64,000 nt of DNA from Vitrella brassicaformis CCMP3155 (taxonomy: Eukaryota; Protista; Chromerida), in the NCBI GenBank assembly GCA_001179505.1, contig CDMY01000414.1, forward strand, positions 19,274 through 83,273. Direction: 5' to 3'. A program made the translations under genes and the position numbers. Below are positions 11,856-25,600 of the stretch, in pieces; the stretch's first letter is position 1; each line of letters begins with the position of its first letter. The notes beneath the pieces are model-generated. The model ran no database searches. It had not been told where the DNA came from and saw nothing but the letters and a program-made list of their open reading frames with translations.

Positions 11856-14394
11856 TCATTCTTCTTCCCTCTTTGTCTTCTTCAGCTCGTTCGCCATCTT
11901 CTTGATCTGTTTGCATATCGACCCGGCAATATGGACACTGTAGTTATATTCACAGTCGCCCTGCAGGCACCAGACAAGAAAGACATGGACAGACAATGGC
12001 AGGCAGAGCCACCGACCTGTAGTCAGTCGGTGTCTGTCTCCACTACTTGACTTACTGCCGACAAGATGCCGCGGACGATGTTGCCTGCGACGTGACACGA
12101 GCCGCTCTGCCCGGGGTAGGCGTCACATTTGGTGGCGGGGTAGAGGTTCTTGCAGCCCTTCTTGAGGGAGCACTTCTCGGGTTTCGCACTCGCACTTATG
12201 GGTGGGTAATTGCCAAGACAAAGAGACACACACACACAGAGAGAGAGAGAGACATACGCAGAACACCCGACACGTGTGTGTGTGTTGCCGGCCCTTACAG
12301 GTGTGTCCACATTGACGGCCAGTTCTTGCACTGAACGAGCAAGGGAGGGAGGGATATATGTGTGTGTGTGCGCGTGTTGGTGTGTGTGGTGCGCACGTCG
12401 CCTGGGTATCCACACAAGTCTGTCTTCCACACACTGCTCGCACACGGTGACAGACAGACAGACAAGCCAGACAGACACACAGCACACACAGACACGTGTG
12501 TTAGGAAGCAGCACAAGACGCCACACGATGTGCCTTACCTACCCCTTTCCACAGCCTTGGCTGCATTTTTTGGGCAGGTTAAAGTGTCCCAAGTGCTTCC
12601 CGACGGCCTGGCACTTCTTGCACCTGGGTCTCAGCTCCAGTGCACAAAAGTCGTTCTTCTGCAACCAACCAAGGCAAGGCAAGGCACCGTTCGTGTCGTG
12701 TGTGTGTATGTCGCTGTGTCTGTGTGCATCTGAGTAATTGTGACTCCTCCCTCCCTCCCTCTCTCCCTCGCCGCCCTCCTCACCCCAATGGAGGGGTCCC
12801 TGAAGTAGTCATTGTTCACTGCCAACGATATGACCCGTGCCTTCCCGTAACCTTTGCTCCCCTGAACTCCAAGAGACAGACAGACAAGACAGACAGACAG
12901 ACAGGGAGGGAGGGAGGGAGCGGTGCAATTGTCCGTCCGCCCAGCGAGCCATAGAGCTGCGTACGTACGTAGAATTTGTCTCGTCCCGGCTGGCAGTAGC
13001 GCGCATCCTGCCAGCCGACGTAAGACTTGCAGCAGTGGCCCGCCGTCAGGGCCACCTTGTCGCTGATGAGCTGCGCCGTGCACCCCACGTTGCCCACAAA
13101 GGCGGTGTACTTGAAGGGCTTCTTGCGCAGCTGCCACTTGGACACCTTCTTGCGGCTCTCCTTGTCGCAACAGAACCGACAGTGTTGCGCCTTCTCGCCC
13201 TGCTCGTCACTTTCAACATCACCGCCAGCGCCTCCTGTCATGTCGGGCATCAGGGCGCTCTTCTTGTCCCGCACACACACACGCTGCGCGCTTGGCTGCT
13301 TCTCGACCAGGCCATTCTCCTCCTCTGTCTCGGCCATGTCCTCTTCTTCAAGGCCTCCGTCACCCGCCACCACGTCGATATCGATGTCATCGATGTCATT
13401 GGTGTCATCGACGTCATCGATGTCATCAAGATCTTCTTCCTCCGTCTCGGTGTCCAGCCCGTGGGTCTCCAAGTAAACGTCCAATTGGTCCATGTCCAGG
13501 GCCTCGCGTGACACATAGGTGTCCCCTGTCCACGGATTGGCCCGCACCCAGCGGAACCGAACGGGCTTCTTCTGCTTGGCCTTGATCTCATCACGCTCTC
13601 GCTTCATCGCGATGAGCGTCTCGTTGGCCCAGGGAAGAGGCATCGGCCGCAACAGGTCCTCCTCCTCGCTACCACTGCTGCTGTCGATGTCGGAAGGAGC
13701 GTCCTTCTGCCGCGATTTTCCATGCTTGATTACCTCCATTCGGCCAATGAAGACGAAACCGTCGTCTCTGTACCGATTCACCACACCGGCGACAGAGCCG
13801 TCGAAGTCCTCTTCGTCCGTGATGGGGTCGCCATCGTCACCAGCGGTGTTGTCCTTGAAGCTGGCGGGCGAATCCAGCTTCTCCTCCGCCCTCACCGTTA
13901 CAACGCCATCTTCATCATCGTCACTCTCACAGGATCCCACCCCGTGGATCTGGCTGCCTTGGCAGAGGCAAAGGCACGCACTCGCATATGTGATGCCGTC
14001 CTCGCCGCACACGGGGCTCTCGTCGGTGGCCACCTTCACGGGGTCATCTTCCTCTGACTCTGCTGCTAAGGTTTCCTCCTGTCCCTCTTCGGCCGTGTCT
14101 GCGAGGCTGCGTGTGTAAGCTGCCTGGGCCACCGTGTTTTCCTCCTGTTGAAGGTCGGGTAAGGAGGTGAAGCTCTGGCAATCACACAGCTGGCTGGCCT
14201 TGGGCGGAGGCCCCTTGACCCTCCATCTCTGCAGCATAGCACAGCGGGAGCAGACAATCACAACATTCATGCGGCCGGGGATTTCTCGTACATACCCTGC
14301 TGGTTATTGGGAAAGGGGCAGCGGCGGCGATGCAGCATTTGAGCAGAACAAATGCTGCGAGATGACGGTCCCTCAGCACGGGAAAAGGCACCAT
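11856..14394 (-). CDS. Secreted trypsin-fold (V8/COG3591-like) serine protease with an N-terminal Kazal domain and acidic linker
   Basis: Signal-like exon MVPFPVLRDRHLAAFVLLKCCIAAA. Kazal-like PVCGEDGITYASACLCLCQGSQIHGVGSC. Catalytic triad in spliced exons: LTAGHC, KNDFCALEL, CDAYPGQSGS, plus CGYPGD. Confidence 0.85.
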
Positions 14395-14753
14395 CTGCGG
14401 GCGGACGAAAAAATACGAAGGCCGGACCACTATTTCTGTCTGGGAAAGAAATAGGCTCACGTGCATCGGCTGCACGTCGGGTGTGCGTTGTGTGTGTTGT
14501 GTGTGTTGCTGTCGTGTGTGGGGCAGAGTCAGCCGGCCGAGTTCCTGTCCGGCCGTTAGGGTAATATCCAAAAGACAGGCGGACCGGCCAGCGCAGCAAG
14601 CCCTTCAAGGATAAAGGTGGGCATCACCAGGCGGCTCTGACGAGAGGAAGAGCCACTGAGTTCTCCCTGCCTGCGAATTGCTTTCCTCCGCAGGTTGCCC
14701 ACGCAGGGCGAGCAAGAAGGAGGTGGCCAAACAGAGGTGCCCCGCAATCAGAT

Positions 14754-17700
14754 ATGGCGTCAACGAAGGTCTCAGTGACGACTGGAATGGCCACGAAGCG
14801 ACCAGCCGAACAACGCCCTCTCTACGCACCCGAGGAAACGTGGCGCCGCGATTGTCTGTCCAGGGCAGGCTCCAAGTACCATGTCGTCAAGGGGGGCTCT
14901 GCCCTCTGCTCGCGGCTCTACTACACACTGACCTACTGGTGCTTCTGCTTCGTGAGGCCGCTACTCGACGAGGTGCGCACAAGGCCACTGACGGCCGACG
15001 TGCTGCCCCCTCCGCCCAAGGAGATGAAGTGCCACAGAAATGCTCGCGACCTCAGGGAGAGCAGGAGCAGGGACCAGGGGCTCATGAGCACCCTGCTGGT
15101 CCTGAGGAGGTGGCCTTTGGTCAACCTGACCCTCTGGGCGGCGCTGCACCGGGCGTGTCTGACCTCCTTGCCCTTCCTGCTGTCGCTGAGTCTACAGAAC
15201 GACGACCCGACGGACGCCATGTCGATGGGCGGAGTGGGGCAGGGCTGTCTGCTCTTCCTCGCCATGTCGCTGCTCGCCACCTTCAGCAACGGCGTCTACC
15301 TCCACCTGGGACACAGAGAGGCTCTGCGCGCCAAGGGGGCGCTGGCAGGGATGGTTTTCGATGAGGCACTGAGGCAGCCGCTGAGCTACACCAAGACGCC
15401 TGACAGCGACAAGCTTAAGGACGAGGGCACCCTGGACGTGCTCAACTTGATCAGCTCCGACTGCGAGAAGGTCGGCATGGCGCTCTTCCAGCTGCCGACG
15501 ATCGGCCTAGTGCCGCTGCAGATGGGCGTGCTGATAGTGGCGCTGGCGTACCAGATCGGCTGGGGCGTCGTGGGTGGGCTGGGGGTGCTGGTCCTGCTCT
15601 TTGTGGCGATTGGGACGGTGCTGACGGTGGGCATCAAGGTGTCCAAGAGGGGCCAGCGGTTCGCCGATGAGCGGCTGAGGAGGATGGAGGAGATCTTGCA
15701 GAACATACTGGCCATCAAAATACACGGTAGGGTAGGTAGGAAGGGGTGCGTGTGTGTGAGTGTGAGTGTGCGTGCGCTGGTGTGCTGCAGCTTGGGAAGG
15801 AGGCTTCGTCAAGCTGCTCGACCAGCTCAGGTGCCTGCCAGACGAATCATGTCGTCCGTGCGCTATCCTGTCCTGCCACACACCTTGTGCGTCTTGTGTG
15901 GCTGCGTGGTTGTGTGCGGCCCAGAGAGAAGGAGATATGGTGTCTGGTGTACGCCCGTGTGCTGTATTCCATTCTCCTGTGGTCCTTCACCATGACCCCG
16001 CCACTCGTCACTCTCGCCGCAACGGGTAAATCAATCACTGTAGTACGAAGAGACACAAGACATCAGCACCAGCACACCAACCATACCATCTGTGTGTGTG
16101 TGGGTGTGTGTGCCTGCAGGTATGTATGTCTTGACGGGCCGCGATCTGACCATCGTGCGGGCGATGAGCGCTCTGGCGCTCTTCAAGGCCCTCCAGCTGC
16201 CCCTGCTCAACCTGCCCGAAGCCATCCAAGCCCTCAGTGAGCCCACTCACACACCACTCACAAAGGACAGAAAGCAGCCCGGGCTGCTGTCTCGGTGTCT
16301 CAGGCACCGGCATTGCTGCTTGCAAGCGCATCGAGGCCTACAGCCGCCAGGCCGCACCCGCAAGGGCACTCCCCTCCCGCCCATCCCAATCAGACAGCCC
16401 TGCCCCCCAGCAGCAGCAGCAGCAGCAGGCGGCCCCCAAGGACACACCCATCGTGTGCATCGACAACGTCTCATTCACACGATCATCCACCAGCCTCTCG
16501 TCAATGCCCAGCTTCTCGACAAGAGCCGGCACCGAGAGGGGGGATTACACAGCGGCCAATGTTGCTGCTGCTGCTGCTGCTGCTGCTCCTGACGTGTGTC
16601 TGTGGGATGTGGGTGTGCACGTGGGCAGAGGCGCGCTGGTGGGGGTGGTGGGGCCGGTGGGCAGCGGCAAGTCCACCCTGCTGCAGGCCATGCTCGACGA
16701 GCTGACCCCGATGGGCGAGCAGACGTCGCCACCCATCCTCGCCCCGCACACGGCGTACCTGCCCCAGCCGCCATGGCTGCAGTCGGCCTCTCTGCAGACC
16801 AACATCCTGTGCGGCCGCCCTTTGCAGACGGCCTTCTACGAGAGCGTGCTTGACGCGTGCTGCCTGGTGCCGGATTTGGAGAGGCTGCCTGACGGCGATC
16901 AGACTCGTGTGGGGCGGAAAGGGGTGACACTGAGTGGGGGCCAGCAGCAGAGGGTGGCGCTGGCGCAGGCCGTGTATTCCAAGGCGGAGGTGGTGCTCAT
17001 GGACGACCCTTTCTCTGCGCTCGGTCCGGACAGCAAGCAACGACCACACACAGGGAGGATGTGTGTGTCTGTCTCCCTCTGTGTGTCTCTCACTGTGTGT
17101 GGACCGTCAGATTTGGACGTGGCAAGGGCGATATGGTCTCGCTGTGTGAAGGGTCTGTTGAGCGACCGGACGCGCATCTTCGTGACGCAGCAGCTGTGGA
17201 TGCTCAACCAGTGCGACCACGTCATCGTCATGGACCAGGGGCGCATTGTCTCACAGGGGCCCTACACACAGGTCGCCACCAGCACAGTCTTCCAGGCACT
17301 GCTCGGCGCATCCTCCTCCTCCTCCACCAGCCCGCCGCTGCCCATCACCGACCCCTCTATGGCCGCCCCCACGCACACAGCGTCAGCACTCTCCCTCCCC
17401 TTCACCGACCAGCCCGCCACACCGACTGCTCTCTCTACTTCCAGCCTGCGCCAGCGCGCAGCCGCCACCCCCACCCCGCAGCACGGCAGTACGGAAGAGC
17501 CGTCCCTCCGCATATCGGTGAGAACTGACGACCAAGATCGGGACGACGAGACAGACACGAGCACGGCCGGGGGCGATGGCGATGACGGCGACAATGAGAG
17601 AGAGAGGGAGAGGGACTATGACCTGTGTGGGGTGGAGAGGGGCGACGAGGGGAAGGAGGCGCGTGTGGTGGAGAGCTATGTGCCGCATCTGCGGGTGATG

Positions 17701-20697
17701 GGCGGGTTTGGGGTGTGGGGCAGCGTCATCGTGTTGGGGGTGCTGGCGCAGGCCGCCCTCGTGGCGTCTGACTACTTCCTCGCCATATGGAGCCACCAGG
17801 AGCAGACCAGTGACAGCGTCACGGCATTTCACCCTTTTCAAGCATACGGTCAGCCACATGCGCAACACGCACACCACACACAATATCCCATATCTGCTGC
17901 GACACACACAGGATGGTGCATCCTTCTGGCCGGTCTGATGATGACCTTCCGCGCCCTGGCCTTCGCCTACGGCTGTCGGCTGGCGTCGACCTTCTACCAC
18001 CACCACCTCAGCCGCGTCATAACGGGCGCCAAGATGGCCTTCTTCGACCACACTCCGTCGGGCCGCATCCTGAGCCGCTTCTGCACCGACCTCGGCCACG
18101 TCGACGGGGGCATCCCCCATATGCTGGAGGCGCTGAGCCTGCTCGTGTTCACCATACTCGGGTAGGGTGGGTGGGGGCAGGGTGGCATGCATGACACACG
18201 TGGCACTGGGAATGGAAACGTGTGTGTTGTGGTGTGTTGTGTGCTGTGGATTGGCTTGTGGGTTGTTGCAGGAATCTGTTTGGCGTGGCGTTTGTGGCGC
18301 CGTCGTTCCTGGCGGCCATTGTGGTGGCGGCCGCACTCTTCTGGTAGTGGGGGCCCACACGCACACACAGACGTGAAGCAAGAGAGTCTCACGCTCTCGT
18401 CTGTGTGTGTGCATGGTGCTATCAGGCGCATCAAGAACGTTTGCTACAGGTGGGGTGGGTGGGGGCTGGTGGTGGATTGATGTGCCCCGCTCAATGCATT
18501 GACAGATTGTCTGTCTGTGTCTCTGTTTGTTTTGGTTGACAGGGGTGCGTGTCAGCTGCAGCGGCTAGACGCCTCGAGCAGGGCACCCATCCTGACCCTT
18601 GTCGAAGAAGCCTTCCAGGTACAATATACACATGCCTCTAATTCACACACCCCACCACAGACACACGTTCTTTCTTTGCTTCCTTTGGTGTGTGGTGTGC
18701 AGGGTCGTGTGTGCATCCGAGCGATGGGCAAGGGCGGCATGCAGTGGTTCACACAGCGCTTCTCCCGAGCTGTCGACCTCAACCTCGCCGCACACTACCA
18801 CCTCAGAACGGTCAGTCCGTGTGTTGGCTCTCAGATGCTATGCTCACCGACCCACCCACCCCATACATGGCCTCCGTGTCGTGTGTGTGCTCAGGTGTTC
18901 CGGTGGGCAGTGCTGCGTCTGGAGACGACCAATGCCATGCTGACGTCGCTGGCGGTGTTTGCCCTCTACGCCACCACCGCCGGATGGACGAGCGGACTGC
19001 AGCAAATCGACGGCACAAGGCGGGCTTACACCGTTCCAACCCCCCCCTCCCCCCCCTCCACACACACACACAGACAAAACAGAATGTGGTCCTTGTGATG
19101 CTGGATGCCTATCTGCGTGTTCAGTGGTGTGCACGACTCGGCATTGTTCGGCGTGGGACTCAACTGGGCCATTGCCAGCGGTGAGGACGACGAGAAAGGC
19201 ACCGTCCGTCACAATGACCTGCGTGGATGAATGGAATGGACGCCTGCCTTCCCTGTGTGTGTATTGCGTATGGTCAGCTGGTTATGTGGGGTTCCTGGTG
19301 TTTGTGGTGACCGACCTGGAGTCCAAAATGACGTCGGTCGACAGAATCAAGTAACCACACACACACACACTCCACTCCCAGCCACACACATCACCACCCA
19401 CCCTGTCTGCCCCTTTGCTGCCCTCACACCCCACCCAGAGATTACATCGACAACGTGCCCACCGAGCCCTCCGAGGCCCCCTCCCACCCCCCCGACGCAT
19501 GGCCCGACCTCGGACAAATCAGCTACCAGGACCTCACCGTTGCCTACAAGAGCAAATCAGACGACGACGACCACCACCACCAGCAGGGGCCAGGCGGGGA
19601 GGGTGAGGGTGGCGTGTGTGTGGCACTGAGGAATGTGACTGTCGATGTGGCTGGGGGCAGCAGGGTGGGGCTGGTCGGCAGGACGGGAAGCGGCAAGACC
19701 TCACTCGTCATGGCGCTGTGAGCAGTGAAGTGACGGCACACACCGAAATGGGAGACGTGATGTGTGTGTGTGTGTGCAGGTATCGATTGTATGACGAAGC
19801 GACCCAGGGTCAGATCACTTTGGACAACTACCCCCTCCACTCCATCCCTCTCGCCCGGCTGCGCGCCTCGCTGGCCCTGCTGCCGCAACACGCTGCCCTC
19901 TTCAACCACACTCTCAGGTACGGTACCCCACACGCCCTTCCTTCCAACCAACACACCACGATGATGTATGTGTGTGTTTGTCAGGTTCAACCTGGACCCT
20001 TGTGGTCGTGCGAGCGACGATGAGCTGGTGGGCATCATCAAGCGGCTGGGGCTGGGGCGTCTGGAGCTGCTCGGCAGCGCTGACGGCAGGAGCGCCACAG
20101 CCATGCTGGACGCTACTATCGAGCCGCAGGGAGGTCAGTGCAGTGCAGCCGCGCAGTGCATTGAGTTACACACAGAGGGAGGCTACACACAATGGCGTGT
20201 CTTGTGTCGTGTGTGTGTTGTGTGCGTCAGGCAATTTAAGTGGCGGTGAGCGCCAGTGGGTGGCGCTGGGGCGGCTGCTCATCGAGGCGCAGCGCGCACG
20301 AATCATCATACTCGACGAGTAAGGCCATGCACACGCAGCACAGGACACCACACCACAGCATAGCATTGGCCATATATGGCTCTCTCCTCCAGGCCCACAA
20401 GTCCCCTTGACAGCGGCACTGAAGCCATGATGGTCGCCCTCATCCGCGAGGTGGCTGTGGGCAGGACGCTGCTCGTCATCTCCCACAGACCCGACACAGT
20501 ACAGGTGAAGCGATCGACCACACACAGAAGGAGGGAGACACGGAAGCATGTCTGTCTGTCTGTCTGCGTGTGTGTGTGCGCAGGCTCTGTGCGAGCGGCG
20601 CATCAAGCTGCAGGACGGCGTCATCGTCGAAGACGATGCGCAGCAGCAGCATGAGGGGGAGGGGGGAGGGGCGGCTGAAATAAATGCCGACTTGTGA
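14754..20697 (+). CDS. Full-length ABCC/MRP-type ABC transporter (TMD-NBD-TMD-NBD)
   Basis: NBD1: GPVGSGKS, LSGGQQQRVALA, degenerate Walker B VVLMDDPFSAL. NBD2: GRTGSGKT, LSGGERQ, IIILDE, VISHR. FFDHTPSGRILSRF in TMD2. Stop TGA at 20695-20697. Confidence 0.95.
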
Positions 20698-21297
20698 ATA
20701 TTTACATCTCAGATGTTGCCATGCCACTACACGGTGTATCTAACTGAATGCATGTGTGTGTGTGTGTGCCTAGCTGTCTCTGTGGGCTGACTTTTACACA
20801 CACATGACAGCGCATGGCAGGCACACACGCATTTACTTGTACAGAGCGGTGCGGTTGGGGCGTGTGTGCAGGGGGATGTGTAGCGTAGGTGGCTCGGCTG
20901 GCCTTTGTTCACTTCACTTCCGTCTCTGTGCTGTGTGTGTGTGTGTCTGAGGGGTGAGGGTGAGGAAGTGTTTATAAGTAAGTATGTCCGTTCGTGTAGT
21001 GCTTTGTTGTCAAGCTTCGGCGCACACATAAAATGTCGACTGACTCACACAGAGAGACAGACAAGGGGAGCACCGCATTGCGGGGCTCTGGGATGCACAC
21101 CTATGTCGTAACACTCTATGTCAGTCACATCACACACACTCAGGCACGATAAATGCTATGCTCCAGCGCTCCCACACGCAGCTGTTCGTGTCGCTTTGCG
21201 TGTGTCAAGTCATGTATCATCCTCCCTCCTCAAACGAATGCGGGTCTCGCATCATCACATCGACTGCCCCACACCCACACCCACACCCATATACACA

Positions 21298-23868
21298 TCA
21301 CTCCCTCTCGACGTGGTTGTAGTCGGTGTACACCCACCGCCTCTCCAGCCCATGAAGCCGATAAGCGCCATACCCACACACACCCGACACAAGCAGGGGG
21401 ACCCCCCACAGCGCAGCCCCGCCCATGCAGGACATCAGGAAGCGGCTCAGCAGGCCGCCGGGCGGGAAGAGGAAGGCCATGGCCGCCACTGACGTAAGGG
21501 CATCGAGACCAAGACCGATCGACAGGACGGTGGTGAGGGAGCGGAGCACCCTGGTGATGGCGTACCTGCAGGCAGCCACGAACATAAGACACTGACTGCC
21601 ATGTGTGTGTGATGGGACTCCGTGTGTCTGTCTGTCTGTCTGCGCTTGCTTACGCTTTCCTGCAGATGGGGCAGTACTTGGTGTGAGACTCCCAACGGTC
21701 AAAGAGCTTTTTTCTGTCGGTCATGAGAGGCCCCAGCTGCCCGGTGCTGCCCTTCCATGAGGGCTTCCCGCCGCCGTCATTCATCAGCCACCGCCGGAAG
21801 GACCTCACCGCCGTGTCAGCGGGAGCCGGCATGTAATAGGCCCGGTCAAATTTCTCAAGACCTGTGCACACACAGGGTGTCGAAATGAGTGGAAGCAGGA
21901 GGGATTTGGTGGCTGTGTGCCTGTCGGCTGGTCGGTCAGCTGACTGACCATTTTCGTGTTCTCTGAGCCGCCGTTCTTGGTAGTGCACATGCATGTTGTC
22001 GCCATCCGTGACGGCCATGTTCTCAAGGTGGTCATCCCACCGCATCAGACTCTTTCTGCACACCACAGACAGACAGACAGACCGACAGGCATACGCAGCC
22101 ATCCATCCATCCACGCTGGTCTGCCTACTCGGCTGGCTGACACATCCGTCCATCCAGTCACTCGTGGTGCTTACACGTTCCGCCATCTGGTCCCCGCACT
22201 CGCAACGAATCGCGTGATGATGTAGGATTGTCCGGGGGCCGATGGGACGGCATAGACCACCAGGTAGAACTTGTGGCCGTCCAGCATCCCGCTTTTAACG
22301 GGCTTGGTGATCTTGGGCGCCAGGCCTATCTTGGACAACAGCCTGACCACACATACACATGCGCCGTGCGTCGCCACGGCTGGCCTGACCTTGTTACCTG
22401 ATGATGGGCCTCTTCTTCAGCACTCCGGCGAGCTGCGAAAAGTCGATCTGGTAGTACAGCAGGCAGGGAGGCCTGAAGTGGATGCGCGTCGTCAGGTTGG
22501 TGCCGAAGAGGTCTTGTATGGAGGTGACGGCGAAGCCAGCGTCGGTCAGGTTGTCCACCTTCATTCTAATCGGCCCGGCTCGGTTGCGGTTGCCCTGCGT
22601 GTGGAAGGACCACACACACAAGCCAACAGCCAGCATGAGCTAGCTGGTCGGTCCATGGAAGCACACCTGTATGCCGTGGTGAGCGAACGGCACGTGGGAT
22701 GGATCCCCCACGTTTTCCACCTGCACCCCATGCACACGTGGATCGACACACTCGTCACGTCAATCACATCAGATGCGGGTCGGGTGCGTCATCCAGCGGG
22801 CCACTCACTCACAAGTGTGTCGTAGTTGTAGTTGAGCACCCGGAAGAAGAGGCCGTTGTCTTTGGTCTTGATCAGCTCGGGCACCGTGTCAAACTCAGCC
22901 ACGGTCGCCGGCTCCACTTCCCTCGACGCTGCCCAGCCTTCACGCGTGCTGAACCAAGACACACCAACACGCATACCCAACTAGCATCCCCATCTCTGGG
23001 TGCTGCTCCGACGTGCCGACCTGTCAGGGAATATCCAGATTAGCGCGTGTGCCTCCGTGCACGGCACTGTCTGGAGGCACGCCCGCTTGTTCTTCCTGGC
23101 GGCCTCCTGCGCCTTGGCCTCCACTTGAGGGATCTTGGTGCACGCTCCTGTCCCATCGAACTCCCAGCCATGGTAGGTGCAGTGCAGCTTGCCGTCGTCG
23201 CTGATGCGGCCCTCAGACAGCGGCGCCAGGCGGTGCGGGCAAGCGTCCTTGGCCGCGGCGAACTTCTGCGTCGCCTCGTCCCACCACACCACGAAGTGCT
23301 CATTGAGTACGGTGAACTGACGCGGTTGCTTCTTGCCCAGATCACTTGCAATCGCCACGGGATACTGCACAAGACAAGACAAGACAAGACAGCGGTCGAT
23401 TGGGTGTGTGAGCGGGAGCCGGTGCGGTTCATGCGTCTGCCCACCCACTGTCGCCACCAATCGAAGGTGCCGGCATCCTCCTTCTCCGAAGCCTCAGACG
23501 CCTGCAAGGCATCAATGAGCCAAGCAACAGGACTGGCCGCGTGGCTCATCCAGCCTGAGGGCGGATCATTGCTCACTGCTGGCGTGAATGACAGCTCGAT
23601 GTTGTCGGTCCGAGGTGGCATTGTCTTGGCTGCCGGTGATGGCGCGGTCAGCACTGCAGACGGAAGAGCGGTGCGACGCGCTGATCTCCTTCCCCCTGAA
23701 GCACCGAATAGCCGGCCTGCAATGGAATCAACGTACAAACAAAATGAATGGCGACGGATGCACATCTTCTCGACCTGGCTGGGTTGCATGATAAGCAAGG
23801 CATCCTTGCAGAGCGAATGTCATGATCAGCAGCACTGCATTGCCGCAGACCACACGATGCTCCTTCAT
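21298..23868 (-). CDS. Plastid Rieske non-heme iron oxygenase, PaO/Tic55/PTC52 (ACD1-like) family
   Basis: Signal exon MKEHRVVCGNAVLLIMTFALQGCLA plus a transit-like exon. FDWWRQW|YPVA, Rieske CPHRLAPL...CTYHGWEF, mononuclear Fe site ENVGDPSHVPFAHHG, C-terminal HTKYCPIC and two TM segments. Confidence 0.93.
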
Positions 23869-24178
23869 CTTCCCTGATATGGATGCTTGACAAAATCAAC
23901 GGGACCTCTAGCGAGGACAAGCTCCCAATGCACGTAGAAGGAACAGATCTCAGGGGAAAAGGAAGAAGAGGCGAGGATGTGTTCGGTGGTAACGGGAGAT
24001 TTAGGGTGCGCGCTCAGCTCTCAGCTCGCACGTGTAAACACAGACGACGGGACAAAACGACAAGGGAGGAAGGAGAGAAGGAAGGCGAGGACGAAGGTCG
24101 TGTGTCGTGTGTCGCAGGAACGAAGCTGCGTTGGTTTTTTGCGTTTCCCGCGGTTGTCACTCGGCTGTGTGTCGGCTG

Positions 24179-24881
24179 ATGCTGGTGGTGTCACAGTGGT
24201 TGTGGCGCATCTGCTGCCGTGTGGCGTCATGGTGCTGGCGGCGACGCTCCTCCGAGTCCGATCAGCCAGAGCCGGCCACCCCGCAGCACCCCCTCACCCA
24301 TCTCTTTGTCGGCGACGACCAGTCCTGTCTGCTCGACCTCAGCACCATCCTGCAGCTGAGGGCCACCGCGCGATGCTTCTCAGAGGCCTTGTCGTCTGCA
24401 CAGCTGCGAAGCCGACTCCACACCTCGATCGCCCGCAGCGGCATCGACACTCAGCTGGTGCAGTTTAACGAGTCGCTGTGCGGGGGTACTGTGGTGGCGG
24501 CCCTGTGGATAGCTGAGGAGGGAGGGCAGTGGAACGATGGCACTGGCGACGTGCTGCGGCTGGCCGACCACTGCGGAGCCTGCACGCTGCCCGTTGTGCT
24601 GACTGCCGAAGACATCAACACACACGCCAACAAAACGGTCCGTAAGGCGCACTTCTGGCGTGCCCCACCCTTCTCTCTATGTCTGTGTGTGTGTGTGTGT
24701 GTCTGTTTAGGCGTATGTGTCGGTTCCCGTGTGATTGCTCAGCTCAAGATGGTCGGCCGCCACACCAACTTCGGCGACGGCGTGACGTTCCAGCTGTTTC
24801 AGCATGGCGACATGCTGCGGGCCCTCAAGGACGAGCCTGGCTTCGAGCTGACGCTTGACCCACTAGGCCTGCCTGCCGACC
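24179..24881 (+). pseudogene. 5' part of an expanded-family gene, with a frameshift at about 24726, cut off by the gap
   Basis: Near-copy of 25601-26304. After the intron acceptor it reads GCG TAT GTG TCG GTT CCC GTG TGA, one C fewer than the right copy (GTT CCC CGT GTG ATT). Confidence 0.6.
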
Positions 24882-25181
24882 NNNNNNNNNNNNNNNNNNN
24901 NNNNNNNNNNNNNNNNNNNNNNNNNNNNNNNNNNNNNNNNNNNNNNNNNNNNNNNNNNNNNNNNNNNNNNNNNNNNNNNNNNNNNNNNNNNNNNNNNNNN
25001 NNNNNNNNNNNNNNNNNNNNNNNNNNNNNNNNNNNNNNNNNNNNNNNNNNNNNNNNNNNNNNNNNNNNNNNNNNNNNNNNNNNNNNNNNNNNNNNNNNNN
25101 NNNNNNNNNNNNNNNNNNNNNNNNNNNNNNNNNNNNNNNNNNNNNNNNNNNNNNNNNNNNNNNNNNNNNNNNNNNNNNNNN
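24882..25181. other. Assembly gap (300 N)
   Basis: Run of exactly 300 N. Confidence 1.
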
Positions 25182-25600
25182 GCACATCTTCTCGACCTGG
25201 CTGGGTTGCATGATAAGCAAGGCATCCTTGCAGAGCGAATGTCATGATCAGCAGCACTGCATTGCCGCAGACCACACGATGCTCCTTCATCTTCCCTGAT
25301 ATGGATGCTTGACAAAATCAACGGGACCTCTAGCGAGGACAAGCTCCCAATGCACGTAGAAGGAACAGATCTCAGGGGAAAAGGAAGAAGAGGCGAGGAT
25401 GTGTTCGGTGGTAACGGGAGATTTAGGGTGCGCGCTCAGCTCTCAGCTCGCACGTGTAAACACAGACGACGGGACAAAACGACAAGGGAGGAAGGAGAGA
25501 AGGAAGGCGAGGACGAAGGTCGTGTGTCGTGTGTCGCAGGAACGAAGCTGCGTTGGTTTTTTGCGTTTCCCGCGGTTGTCACTCGGCTGTGTGTCGGCTG

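Noticed and set aside
24107-25342. ORFs spanning the first N run
   Set aside because: Artefacts of translating through the gap.
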